In this document: positions 1 to 9,233 of the stretch, piece by piece
Position numbering within the stretch: the first letter of the stretch is position 1
How the letters are laid out: every line of letters starts with the position of its first letter
Source of the DNA: an uncultured Lachnospiraceae bacterium
GTDB lineage: Bacteria > Bacillota > Clostridia > Lachnospirales > Lachnospiraceae
DNA: 64,000 bases
NCBI GenBank assembly: GCA_946616795.1
Contig: CAMOJU010000003.1
Coordinates: forward strand, 758 to 64,757
Reading direction: 5' to 3'
Notes under the pieces: generated by a model
What the model was told of the DNA's origin: nothing
Seen by the model: the letters and a program-made list of their open reading frames with translations, nothing else
Database searches by the model: none
Program-made: the position numbers and the translations under genes

Positions 1-39
1 CGGCATTGATAATGAATAAAAAGGTAAATCTACAGTAAT

Positions 40-642
40 TCAGTTAGTTTCAAGGATTGCATTCAGCTTCTCTATGATTCTGGGGCCTCTGATATTCTTG
101 ATGCTCTCGGCTTTTTTAATCAGGGAGTGGATTTTGGCATCTCTGCCGGTATCCTTGTAGATCCCGGCCAGGGTCTCGTATGAGGCCGATATGTCCGTAT
201 GGATATCGGTGGCAAATTCGAGGATGGCTGTTTTTTCATCTGTATTAAATGTATCGCCTGCCTCCTCTGATACCATCTCCTGTAGACCTTTTACGAGGGT
301 CTCAAAATTTTTATCATACTCGGAGAGTATATTTATGTTTGGGGCACCATACTTAAGCTTCAGGTCCGTGTTTGATATGCCGTTTAAATTGACGATCTTT
401 GTGTCTTCCTTAAGGAGGGCTTTGAGATCGTCATTGTTAAATCTGTTTATGAGACCGGCGACGTCCTCCGGGATAGTTACATATTCCAGATCGTCCAGGG
501 ATTTACGCCTTGTAAAGTTGGCGTCCTCCTCCCGTTTTCTAAAGCCGTCCTGAGTTTTTTTAAATACCTTGTCAGACCATTTGATGCCTATCCGAAGGTA
601 TATCATAAATACAAGTACAATTGCCAAAACTGCGAGGTTCAT
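40..642 (-). CDS. Conserved-looking hypothetical protein with N-terminal membrane anchor
   Basis: ORF track 40..729. The hydrophobic segment MNLAVLAIVLVFMIYL starts at the ATG at 642, which is the more likely start. No recognisable catalytic motif. Confidence 0.6.
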   Translation of the reverse strand: MNLAVLAIVLVFMIYLRIGIKWSDKVFKKTQDGFRKREEDANFTRRKSLDDLEYVTIPEDVAGLINRFNNDDLKALLKEDTKIVNLNGISNTDLKLKYGAPNINILSEYDKNFETLVKGLQEMVSEEAGDTFNTDEKTAILEFATDIHTDISASYETLAGIYKDTGRDAKIHSLIKKAESIKNIRGPRIIEKLNAILETN

Positions 643-714
643 GATATAATTTTCCTTTATATGAGGGCTGCTTTTCAGCCGATTTTTCCATATGTGATCC
701 GGAGGAATGAGATT

Positions 715-822
715 ATGCTCAACATGCACAGCAACAAAACAAAAAAGACAATATCGACAATCATCATCATATTACTCGTACTCGCCATGGTAGTACCCGT
801 TGTTGTCGGTGCACTTATTTAA
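715..822 (+). CDS. Small single-TM membrane peptide (35 aa, MLNMHSNKTKKTISTIIIILLVLAMVVPVVVGALI), Prli42/DUF4044-like
   Basis: Below the ORF-track cutoff. GGAGG at 701-705, ATG 715, TAA 820-822. Basic N-terminus followed by one hydrophobic helix. Confidence 0.5.
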   Translation: MLNMHSNKTKKTISTIIIILLVLAMVVPVVVGALI

Positions 823-854
823 TCACAGATAGATCGTTTATCAGTAATTATAAC

Positions 855-1463
855 ATGAGATCTGAAATAATGAAGATAATGAGATTACTGCCGGTGATCC
901 TCTTAATGATATTCCTCGTCTCGTGCGGAGAGCCTGACAATGAAGTCAGTGAGGTCGTACTGGGACTGGGTCCTGAAGGCGAGTCTGTGATACCAAAAGG
1001 TGTGACGGCAGACGGAGTGGACCTCTCGGGGATGACCAGGGAAGAGGCGGTAAATGCGATAAACGCATATATAGAGTCTCTCGGCAGTGAAGTGATCGTA
1101 TTAAAGGACGGAGACAATACATATACCGTGACGGCAGGAGAGCTGTCCCCTACATGGGTCAACGAGTACATACTCGATGATATGCTCTCACTTAAAAACG
1201 GTGACAATGTAGTCGACAGATATAAAGCATACAGAGACCTGATAAATAACGGCGCATCATACGAGCTCTATATAGCTCTCGATGCCGGCAAGGTTTGGGA
1301 TTATATGGCATCCCTCGGTATAGATGACCTCAACTATGAGGATGCCGTGGTGATGGTCCAGATGAGATTCTACACAGAATACAAACTGGGCAATAATGAA
1401 TTTGAACTGCCCCATTATGTATATGAAGAGACGGCAGACGATACGGAGAGCAGCGACGGATAA
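855..1463 (+). CDS. Putative lipoprotein with VanW-N-terminal-like peptidoglycan-binding region
   Basis: Lipobox-like LVSC after a hydrophobic stretch. IPKGVTADGVDLSGMTREEA resembles the N-terminus of VanW-family proteins. Confidence 0.55.
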   Translation: MRSEIMKIMRLLPVILLMIFLVSCGEPDNEVSEVVLGLGPEGESVIPKGVTADGVDLSGMTREEAVNAINAYIESLGSEVIVLKDGDNTYTVTAGELSPTWVNEYILDDMLSLKNGDNVVDRYKAYRDLINNGASYELYIALDAGKVWDYMASLGIDDLNYEDAVVMVQMRFYTEYKLGNNEFELPHYVYEETADDTESSDG

Positions 1464-1465
1464 AT

Positions 1466-2437
1466 ATGAAGACCGGAAGGATGCCTGAAAATATATGGAA
1501 ACGTTCGGTCAGGAAAAACCTTGATCACGGTTTCCTCGATAAAGAGGGTATATGTGACGGAGGCACTGTCATATCATGTGACAGTAATTATTTTGTCAGT
1601 GAGATGTGTATGGTCCCCATGTGCCATTGTATGGGCAGGATGGCTGTGATACTCTCAGCCAACGCTTTGGCAGTGAGGGCAAAGGCGGAGTATACAGAGA
1701 TAGAGCTGATGCTGGACGGCAGGACTCCTGAGGAGTATGTATCCCATATAGCAAAGGATGCGGACAGTCAGGCCAAAGACCTCGGTATAAAAATCGGTGG
1801 ATTTAACGTACATGTACTGCCGGGACTGAAAAGACCGTATATACTGGCGAGCGCCTTTTCATCAAAAGAGACATTTACAAAGCATGACAGGGCAAAGCCC
1901 GGTCAGGATATCATAATCACAAAGTGGGCAGCACTGTCCGGAACGGCCATGATCGCATCTGATAAAGGGTGCAGGGAAGAGCTCCTTAAGCAGTATCCGG
2001 AAGAGTACATAAACAGGGCGGAAGCCTTTATCGATTACCTCTCTGTATATGATGAGATGAGTGTCATAAATGATAATGACACCATAGGTTATATCTCACC
2101 TGTATCGGAGACAGGTATCTACGGCAGGCTCTGGAATATGGCAGAGCGCTCGGGAGTCGGATTTAACATAGACTTAAATAAGATCCCGTTCAGGCAGGAG
2201 ACCATAGAGATATGCAACGGACTCGATATCGATCCGTATATACTGAGCTCATCGGGATCCCTGCTGATCACATCAGATGACGGTCCGGAGATAATAAAGG
2301 CATTATCATCAGCCGGTATACCTGCAGAAATAATCGGCCGCACTACAGATAAAAATGACAAGCTCATAATAAACAAAGATGAAGAGAGATATCTGACCAA
2401 ACCACAGTCAGATGAGATATACAGGATACTCGGATAA
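1466..2437 (+). CDS. AIR synthase-related (PurM/HypE-like) protein
   Basis: AIRS C-terminal-type motifs: KPGQDIIITKW, SETGIYGRLWNMAERSGVG, DPYILSSSGSLLI. Confidence 0.7.
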   Translation: MKTGRMPENIWKRSVRKNLDHGFLDKEGICDGGTVISCDSNYFVSEMCMVPMCHCMGRMAVILSANALAVRAKAEYTEIELMLDGRTPEEYVSHIAKDADSQAKDLGIKIGGFNVHVLPGLKRPYILASAFSSKETFTKHDRAKPGQDIIITKWAALSGTAMIASDKGCREELLKQYPEEYINRAEAFIDYLSVYDEMSVINDNDTIGYISPVSETGIYGRLWNMAERSGVGFNIDLNKIPFRQETIEICNGLDIDPYILSSSGSLLITSDDGPEIIKALSSAGIPAEIIGRTTDKNDKLIINKDEERYLTKPQSDEIYRILG

Positions 2438-2450
2438 CAGGAGGAGAAAC

Positions 2451-2933
2451 ATGAGAGAAGAGATACTTAGGGTCATAGAAAAAAACAGCCGTATCGAAAC
2501 CAAGGAACTGGCGGTACGCCTCGGCCTCACGGAAGCGGAAGTCGTGGAAGAGATGCAGGCCATGGAAAATGAAGGTATCATCTGCGGTTATCATACGATG
2601 ATCAACTGGGAAAATACCACAGACGAAAAAGTAACGGCTCTGATCGAAGTAAAGGTGACTCCCCAGCGCGGTGAAGGTTTTGACCACATGGCGGAGAGGA
2701 TATACAACTATCCGGAAGTACAGTCGGTATACCTGATAAGCGGCGGCTTTGACATACTCATCACTATCGAGGGCAAGACTCTCCGTGAGGTGTCCCAGTT
2801 TGTATCTGACAAGCTCTCGACATTTGAATCGATCGTGAGCACAGCTACCCATTTCATACTCAAGAAATATAAAGATCACGGAACGATAATGACTAAAAAA
2901 CATGAAGATGAAAGGCAGATAATAACACCATGA
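2451..2933 (+). CDS. Lrp/AsnC family transcriptional regulator
   Basis: GAGGAG RBS and ATG at 2451. N-terminal wHTH (ILRVIEKNSRIETKELAVRLG) plus AsnC ligand-binding domain. Confidence 0.9.
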   Translation: MREEILRVIEKNSRIETKELAVRLGLTEAEVVEEMQAMENEGIICGYHTMINWENTTDEKVTALIEVKVTPQRGEGFDHMAERIYNYPEVQSVYLISGGFDILITIEGKTLREVSQFVSDKLSTFESIVSTATHFILKKYKDHGTIMTKKHEDERQIITP

Positions 2934-4099
2934 GAAATCCTTTATCAGAGACTATTGTTAACATCAAGCCGTCCGGCATAAGAAAGTTTTTTGATATTGT
3001 AAGTGAGATGAAGGACGCCATATCACTGGGTGTGGGCGAGCCGGACTTTGACACTCCCTGGCATATCAGGGATGAGGGTATCTACTCTCTTGAAAAGGGC
3101 AAGACCTTTTATACATCAAATTCAGGACTACTTGAGCTGCGTCAGGAGATATCAAATTATCTCATGCGCAGGATTCATACATCATACGATCCCAAGAAGC
3201 AGTGTATCATCACTGTCGGAGGATCGGAGGGTATCGATATAGCACTCAGGGCTATGCTGGATCCCGGCGATGAGGTGCTGATCCCCCAGCCTTCGTATGT
3301 ATCATACGAGCCGTGTACCATACTGGCAGGCGGCAAGCCCGTGATCATTAACTTAAAGGCTGAGAACGAGTTCAGACTGACACCTGAGGAAATAATAGAG
3401 GCCTGTACCGAAAAGACGAAAGTCCTCGTACTGCCCTTCCCCAACAATCCTACAGGTGCCATCATGGAGAGAGAGGATCTTGAAAAGATCGCCAGGGTCA
3501 TCGAGGAGAAAGACTTATTTGTCATCTCCGATGAGATCTACTCAGAGCTCTCCTACAAGGATCAGCATGTCTCAATCGTCGAGATGCCCGGCATGAAGGA
3601 GCGGACCATACTGATAAACGGTTTCTCAAAAGCATATGCCATGACAGGATGGAGACTCGGATACGCATGCGGTCCCGAGGAGGTCATCTCCCAGATGACC
3701 AAGATCCATCAGTTCTGCATCATGTGTGCTCCGACTACCAGCCAGTATGCTGCCATAGAAGCTCTTAAAAACGGAGATGACGATGTGGCAAAGATGAGGG
3801 ATGCATACAATCAGAGGAGGAGATTCCTCATGAATGCCTTTAAGGAGATGGGACTTGAGTGCTTTGAGCCCTACGGAGCCTTTTATGTATTCCCCTGCAT
3901 TAAAGAGTTTGGCATGACCAGTGATGAGTTTGCCACCAGACTCCTTAAGGAGGAAAAGGTAGCAGTCGTACCGGGTACAGCATTTGGCGACTGCGGAGAG
4001 GGATTCCTGCGTATCTCCTATGCATACTCGATAGACAATCTTAAAGTTGCTCTGTCCCGTATCAGCAATTTCATAGAAAGACTTCGCAGCGAGAAATAA
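2930..4099 (+). CDS. PLP-dependent aminotransferase class I/II
   Basis: Motifs ISLGVGEPDF, PNNPTG, SDEIY, NGFSKAYAMTGWRLGY. Overlaps the Lrp stop codon (ATGA). Confidence 0.95.
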   Translation: MRNPLSETIVNIKPSGIRKFFDIVSEMKDAISLGVGEPDFDTPWHIRDEGIYSLEKGKTFYTSNSGLLELRQEISNYLMRRIHTSYDPKKQCIITVGGSEGIDIALRAMLDPGDEVLIPQPSYVSYEPCTILAGGKPVIINLKAENEFRLTPEEIIEACTEKTKVLVLPFPNNPTGAIMEREDLEKIARVIEEKDLFVISDEIYSELSYKDQHVSIVEMPGMKERTILINGFSKAYAMTGWRLGYACGPEEVISQMTKIHQFCIMCAPTTSQYAAIEALKNGDDDVAKMRDAYNQRRRFLMNAFKEMGLECFEPYGAFYVFPCIKEFGMTSDEFATRLLKEEKVAVVPGTAFGDCGEGFLRISYAYSIDNLKVALSRISNFIERLRSEK

Positions 4100-4102
4100 A
4101 TA

Positions 4103-4594
4103 ATGAATATAGTACTCCATCAGCCGGAGATACCGGCCAATACCGGAAATATAGGCAGGACCTGTGTGGCCACCGGCACAAAACTGCATCTCATAGAACC
4201 TCTTGGTTTTCGCATCGATGAAAAGCAGATAAAGCGTGCCGGCATGGACTACTGGGATAAACTCGATTACACCAGATATATCAACTACGAGGATTTCCTC
4301 ATAAAGAATCCCGGAGCTAAGATCTGGTATGCCACCACAAAGGCTGAAAAGACGTATACTGATGTGTCTTATTCGGAAAATGATTTCATAATGTTTGGTA
4401 AAGAGAGCGCCGGCATACCTGAGGAAATACTTGTGGAAAACAGGGAATCATGTATCAGGATACCGATGCTCCCGGATATCAGATCTCTTAACCTTTCCAA
4501 CTCTGTAGCAATAGTTTTATATGAAACCCTGCGCCAGACAGGGTTTAAAGATCTTGAATCAAAAGGTGAGCTCCACAGACTGACCTGGAAATAG
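4103..4594 (+). CDS. trmL: tRNA (cytidine(34)-2'-O)-methyltransferase, SPOUT family
   Basis: Motifs PEIPANTGNIGR, RAGMDYW, FGKESAG, RSLNLSNSVAI. Confidence 0.93.
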   Translation: MNIVLHQPEIPANTGNIGRTCVATGTKLHLIEPLGFRIDEKQIKRAGMDYWDKLDYTRYINYEDFLIKNPGAKIWYATTKAEKTYTDVSYSENDFIMFGKESAGIPEEILVENRESCIRIPMLPDIRSLNLSNSVAIVLYETLRQTGFKDLESKGELHRLTWK

Positions 4595-5608
4595 ATGGAT
4601 ACATACTTATCAAGAGACAATTTCAAATGTTTTAAGGGATATCTCGCGATATGCGTTTTTATCCATCACCTCTTTCAGTTCACGGGACTGTTCTGGGATA
4701 CGTTTATAGGCTACCCTATGTATCTCCTCGGACATTTTGCCGTGATACTTTTTTTGTTTGCATCAGGATTCGGACTGGGCTCGTCAGTCCTGGCTAAACC
4801 TGAGTCGTATATAAAAGAGTTTCCTAAAAAGAGGCTCCTGCCGTATTATGTGACATATTTATTTTTTGTGGCTCTGTATGTGATATACGAGTTTAAATGG
4901 GGCAGCGGTATCACCGGCTCACTCCTGCTCAGGTCGTTATTTTACGGAGGTACTTATATCAGCTTTGGATGGTATCTTCAGCTTACCCTTGTACTTTATA
5001 TTGTCTTTTATCTCATATTCAGATTATTTAAAAAGACAGGTGTGCGGCTGTTTTGTCTCTGGCTGTTTGTGGTCCTCTTTATGGGTATCAGCTTTATGAT
5101 TTATCCGCCGGAAAGCAATTACATATACGTATTTGCTTTTGTGGTCGGCATCAGCCTGGCATATTTAAAAAACAGGATCGTGGAGTTTCTCTCCCGTCAT
5201 CCGTATATGGCATTTATATTTATGACAGCATGCTTTTGCATCTTTACGATCGTCAGAGTGCTCATACTCTTTAGATTAAAAGAGCAGATATACGGATCCC
5301 GTGCATACGGCCTTTTGTATCTGTGTGCCATGATTATTTCTGACACATTCCTGATATTTATGATCGTCACTCTGCTATGTGTCATAAACAGGCTGGCACC
5401 TAATGTGATAGACAATCCGGTCAGCAGGTTCCTCGGCAGGTATTCCCTCGAGATGTATGCCGTGCAGGGACTGGTGCTGAGAGTACTAAACGGTGTGATT
5501 AAAAATCCATATGCATATATACTGGGATGCGGATGCGTGGTGATCGTATCAGCCGTCATACTTAACAAGGCAGTTGCTTTTATGACGGCCCGTATAAAGA
5601 CTGTGTAG
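4595..5608 (+). CDS. Acyltransferase-3 family membrane protein
   Basis: About 10 hydrophobic helices, KGYLAICVFIHH, FLFASGFGL, FLGRYSLEMY. Confidence 0.8.
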   Translation: MDTYLSRDNFKCFKGYLAICVFIHHLFQFTGLFWDTFIGYPMYLLGHFAVILFLFASGFGLGSSVLAKPESYIKEFPKKRLLPYYVTYLFFVALYVIYEFKWGSGITGSLLLRSLFYGGTYISFGWYLQLTLVLYIVFYLIFRLFKKTGVRLFCLWLFVVLFMGISFMIYPPESNYIYVFAFVVGISLAYLKNRIVEFLSRHPYMAFIFMTACFCIFTIVRVLILFRLKEQIYGSRAYGLLYLCAMIISDTFLIFMIVTLLCVINRLAPNVIDNPVSRFLGRYSLEMYAVQGLVLRVLNGVIKNPYAYILGCGCVVIVSAVILNKAVAFMTARIKTV

Positions 5609-5814
5609 AACTTTACACCTGTTTTTGCGTATGTTTTGAACAAAATGACAATAAAACGACTGTTTCAATAGGTAATTATTATAAAATGTATTAGTAGAAT
5701 TTGTGATTTTTTAAAGATATAATTTCCGTGTAATATATAAAATACGAAAGTTTTATGTTAAAATCCAATTAACATTTGGCAATAAAGCCAAAAAAATTTT
5801 TTTAAAAGAAAGGG

Positions 5815-6306
5815 ATGGACAAGGACATGACTTACAGCGAAATTTACACTTATGTTAAGAGCGCAGTTGCCAAGAAAAACGTTAAGAAGCTCGGCAACGT
5901 TGCAATCTCAATCTACGTTACAGACGAGGGAGCTACAGGCGAGTTTTACATCGCAGTTAAAGACGGCGAGCTCGAGATTGAGAACTTCAAGTATGAGGAT
6001 TACACAGCTCATCTTTCAATCAGCAGCGCAGATCTCAAGAAGATTGTAGACGGCAAGAAGGTTTCATACAGCTTTGATGACGGAGACGATGCTCAGGGCA
6101 AGGCTCTCATCGCAGCTCTTGTAGCAACAGCACCTGCAAAGGCTCCTGCCAAGGCAGAGGCTAAGAAGGCACCTGCTAAGAAAGCACCTGCAAAGAAAGC
6201 AGCTCCCGCTAAGAAGGCTGAGGAGAAGAAAGCAGAAGCACCCAAGGCTGAAGCAAAGAAAGCAGAGCCTGCTAAGAAGGCACCTGCAAAGAAGGCTTCT
6301 AAATAA
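5815..6306 (+). CDS. SCP2-like domain protein with Lys/Ala/Pro-rich histone-H1-like tail
   Basis: GEFYIAVKDGELEI resembles clostridial SCP2 proteins. The C-terminal ~60 aa are PAKK/AEAKK repeats. The true start may be the ATG at 5827. Confidence 0.65.
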   Translation: MDKDMTYSEIYTYVKSAVAKKNVKKLGNVAISIYVTDEGATGEFYIAVKDGELEIENFKYEDYTAHLSISSADLKKIVDGKKVSYSFDDGDDAQGKALIAALVATAPAKAPAKAEAKKAPAKKAPAKKAAPAKKAEEKKAEAPKAEAKKAEPAKKAPAKKASK

Positions 6307-6319
6307 TATAGAAACAGCA

Positions 6320-6353
6320 AATAAAAAAAGCCGCGCATGCGGCTTTTTTTATT
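6320..6353. terminator. Bidirectional intrinsic terminator
   Basis: AATAAAAAAAGCCGC-GCAT-GCGGCTTTTTTTATT between convergent genes. Confidence 0.9.
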
Positions 6354-6367
6354 GCCTGATATTAAGA

Positions 6368-6556
6368 TTATCCGTTAACCTTTGCAAGAAGGTCATTTAC
6401 GTCAATGCCGTGTACCATGGCAGCTTCCTCAAGGGTCTCGCCCTGGGATGCGGGACATCCGAGACAGTGCATACCGATCTCAAGGAGAGCAGGTGCGATG
6501 TCGGGGTTGATCATGAGTGCTTCGCCGATTGTTGTATCTTTTGTTATCTCAGCCAT
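6368..6556 (-). CDS. DUF1858 domain small protein
   Basis: [11 protein letters not shown]...[23 protein letters not shown] is the typical family pattern. Confidence 0.88.
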   Translation of the reverse strand: MAEITKDTTIGEALMINPDIAPALLEIGMHCLGCPASQGETLEEAAMVHGIDVNDLLAKVNG

Positions 6557-6761
6557 TTTATTATCCTCCGTATTTATTTCTTTTTTAAACCGTAGATATC
6601 ATTACATATTTTTCCCCAAATTACAATGTGGATTTTTTTATAACGAAGATGACAGAGTTGACATAAAAATAATATGTAAATCATAACTTAACAAATTCTT
6701 AAACTTTTGAGAAAAATCCTTAAAAAAAGCCATTAAAAGAAGCAGAAAATCCAAATCCGTA

Positions 6762-6790
6762 TTGAATAAAATTTTTTTGGTGGTTATAAT
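6762..6790 (+). promoter_or_regulatory. Sigma-A promoter of pflB
   Basis: TTGAAT (6762-6767), 17-bp spacer, TATAAT (6785-6790). Confidence 0.7.
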
Positions 6791-6805
6791 TATTAGGCAC
6801 GGCAT

Positions 6806-6853
6806 CTGTCGTAATGACAGTTTTAAATCCGCGTAAAACAGTCATAACGACTG
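6806..6853. promoter_or_regulatory. Pair of 15-bp palindromic operator-like sites in the pflB leader
   Basis: CTGTC-GTAAT-GACAG (6806-6820) and CAGTC-ATAAC-GACTG (6839-6853), centres 33 bp apart. Confidence 0.55.
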
Positions 6854-6887
6854 TTTCAAAAATATACTTTTATAGGAGGCATTTCAA

Positions 6888-8939
6888 ATGAGTTATGAAA
6901 TGAAGCCCGAATGGGAAGGTTTCAACGACGGCAAGTGGTGCAAAGAGATCAATGTACGTGATTTCATCCAGAGAAACTACACACCTTATGATGGTGATGA
7001 TTCGTTCCTCGTAGGCCCCACACAGGACACAAAGGATCTTTGGGAGCAGGTTCTTGATCTTTCAAGACAGGAGAGAGAAGCAGGCGGCGTCCTTGATATG
7101 GATACAAAGGTTGTTTCTACCATCACTTCACACGGTCCCGGATATCTTGACAAGTCAAAGGAGAAGATCGTAGGTTTCCAGACAGATAAGCCCTTCAAGC
7201 GTTCTATGCAGCCTTACGGCGGTATCCGTATGGCAGAGAAGGCTTGTGCAGATAACGGATACACAGTAGATCCCGAGATTTCCGAGTTCTTCTCAACACA
7301 CAGAAAGACACACAACGCAGGATGCTTCGATGCTTACACACCAATGATGAGAGCATGCCGTTCATCACATGTTATCACAGGTCTTCCCGATGCTTACGGA
7401 CGTGGACGTATCATCGGTGACTACAGACGTGTCGCTCTTTACGGTATCGACAGACTTATCGAGGATAAGGAAGCTCAGAAGGAGTCAACAGGACGTGTTA
7501 TGACAGATGATGTTATCCGTCTTCGTGAGGAGCTTTCAGAGCAGATCACAGCTCTCAAGATGATGAAGGAGATGGCTGCTTCTTACGGATGCGATATCGC
7601 AAGACCTGCTAAGAACGTACAGGAAGCTATCCAGGCTACATACTTCGGATACCTTTCAGCAGTTAAGGAGCAGAACGGTGCAGCTATGTCCCTCGGACGT
7701 ACATCTACATTCATCGACTGCTATGCAGAGCGTGACCTTAAGAACGGTACATTCACAGAGGAAGAGATCCAGGAGTTCATTGATCACTTCATCATGAAGC
7801 TTCGTTGCGTTAAGTTCGCTCGTACACCTGAGTACAACCAGATCTTTGCCGGCGATCCCGTATGGGTAACCGAGTCACTCGGTGGTGTTGGTGTAGACGG
7901 ACGTCACATGGTTACAAAGACTTCATTCAGATACCTCAACACACTTAACAACCTTGGTGCAGCTCCCGAGCCTAACCTTACAGTTCTCTGGTCAACAAGA
8001 CTTCCCCGTGCATGGAAGGAGTTCTGTGCTAAGATGTCTATCAGATCATCATCTATCCAGTACGAGAACGATGACCTCATGAGAGTAACACACGGCGATG
8101 ACTATGCTATCGCTTGCTGCGTATCTTCAATGAGAGTAGGTAAGGAGATGCAGTTCTTCGGTGCAAGAGCTAACCTTGCTAAATGTATGCTTTACGCTAT
8201 GAACGGTGGTATCGATGAGGTTACCAAGAAGCAGGTCGGACCTAAGTACAGAAAGTACGAAGGCGATGTTCTTACATATGACAAGTTCATGCCTATGTTT
8301 GAGGATATGATGGAGTGGCTTGCAGAGACATATGTCAACACACTCAACATCATCCACTACATGCACGACAAGTACTGCTACGAGAGAGCACAGATGGCTC
8401 TTCACGACAGAGATGTAAGAAGATACTTCGCAACAGGTATCGCAGGACTTTCAGTTGTAGCTGACTCACTCTCAGCTATGAAGTATGCAACGGTTAAGCC
8501 TATCAGAGATGAGGACGGCGTGATCGTTGACTTCGAGACAACAGGTGATTTCCCTAAATACGGTAATGATGATGACAGAGTTGACTCAATCGCTCAGGAT
8601 ATCGTATCACTCTTCATGAAGATGATCAGAAGACATCATACATACAGAGACGGATTCCCGACACAGTCAGTTCTTACTATCACATCAAACGTTACTTACG
8701 GTAAGGCAACAGGTAACACACCTGACGGACGTAAGAAGGGACAGCCTTTCGCACCCGGAGCTAACCCTCTTCACGGAAGAGACAGCCACGGAGCAGTTGC
8801 TTCACTTTCTTCAGTATCTAAGCTTCCTTTCATGGATGCTCAGGACGGTATCTCTAATACATTTACCATCATCCCCGGAGCACTCGGAAAAGAGGATACT
8901 GTATTTGCAGGTGACATCAACGTAGATCTTAATAAATAA
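6888..8939 (+). CDS. pflB: Pyruvate formate-lyase catalytic barrel lacking the C-terminal glycyl-radical domain
   Basis: Motifs [25 protein letters not shown] (active-site Cys-Cys), PFAPGANP. The protein ends shortly after DGISNTF and has no RVSGY motif. Confidence 0.95.
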   Translation: MSYEMKPEWEGFNDGKWCKEINVRDFIQRNYTPYDGDDSFLVGPTQDTKDLWEQVLDLSRQEREAGGVLDMDTKVVSTITSHGPGYLDKSKEKIVGFQTDKPFKRSMQPYGGIRMAEKACADNGYTVDPEISEFFSTHRKTHNAGCFDAYTPMMRACRSSHVITGLPDAYGRGRIIGDYRRVALYGIDRLIEDKEAQKESTGRVMTDDVIRLREELSEQITALKMMKEMAASYGCDIARPAKNVQEAIQATYFGYLSAVKEQNGAAMSLGRTSTFIDCYAERDLKNGTFTEEEIQEFIDHFIMKLRCVKFARTPEYNQIFAGDPVWVTESLGGVGVDGRHMVTKTSFRYLNTLNNLGAAPEPNLTVLWSTRLPRAWKEFCAKMSIRSSSIQYENDDLMRVTHGDDYAIACCVSSMRVGKEMQFFGARANLAKCMLYAMNGGIDEVTKKQVGPKYRKYEGDVLTYDKFMPMFEDMMEWLAETYVNTLNIIHYMHDKYCYERAQMALHDRDVRRYFATGIAGLSVVADSLSAMKYATVKPIRDEDGVIVDFETTGDFPKYGNDDDRVDSIAQDIVSLFMKMIRRHHTYRDGFPTQSVLTITSNVTYGKATGNTPDGRKKGQPFAPGANPLHGRDSHGAVASLSSVSKLPFMDAQDGISNTFTIIPGALGKEDTVFAGDINVDLNK

Positions 8940-8990
8940 TTTAAGATATCTGATATAAAAGCTTTGGATCAATCAAAGGAGGTAACGGTC

Positions 8991-9212
8991 ATGGAAAATG
9001 AAAAGCTAACGGATGATCAGATGATATCCGACCTGGTTGCCCAGCTCGATGCGGGCTTCGCAAACGGTGTTGGTCATGTAAACGTAGGAACTGAAGAAGG
9101 ACAGGCCGGCAGCAGATCAGTTCAGACTATGGGTTGCACAGACTGTTCACGTACGCCTCTCGCATGCAGCGTACCCACCTTTGAAGATCCGAGACTTGAC
9201 GATTATAAATAA
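8991..9212 (+). CDS. 73-aa PFL-associated peptide: copy of the radical-domain N-terminal segment plus CxxC-x6-C
   Basis: AAGGAGG RBS and ATG at 8991. ISDLVAQLDAGFANGVGHVNV aligns without gaps to [21 protein letters not shown] of the next gene. Confidence 0.75.
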   Translation: MENEKLTDDQMISDLVAQLDAGFANGVGHVNVGTEEGQAGSRSVQTMGCTDCSRTPLACSVPTFEDPRLDDYK

Positions 9213-9233
9213 TTATTACAGGAGGAAAATAAA

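Noticed and set aside
6797-6887. ZMP/ZTP (pfl) riboswitch in the pflB leader
   Set aside because: The hallmark GACUGGCG and CGCCUGGGC pseudoknot segments are absent.
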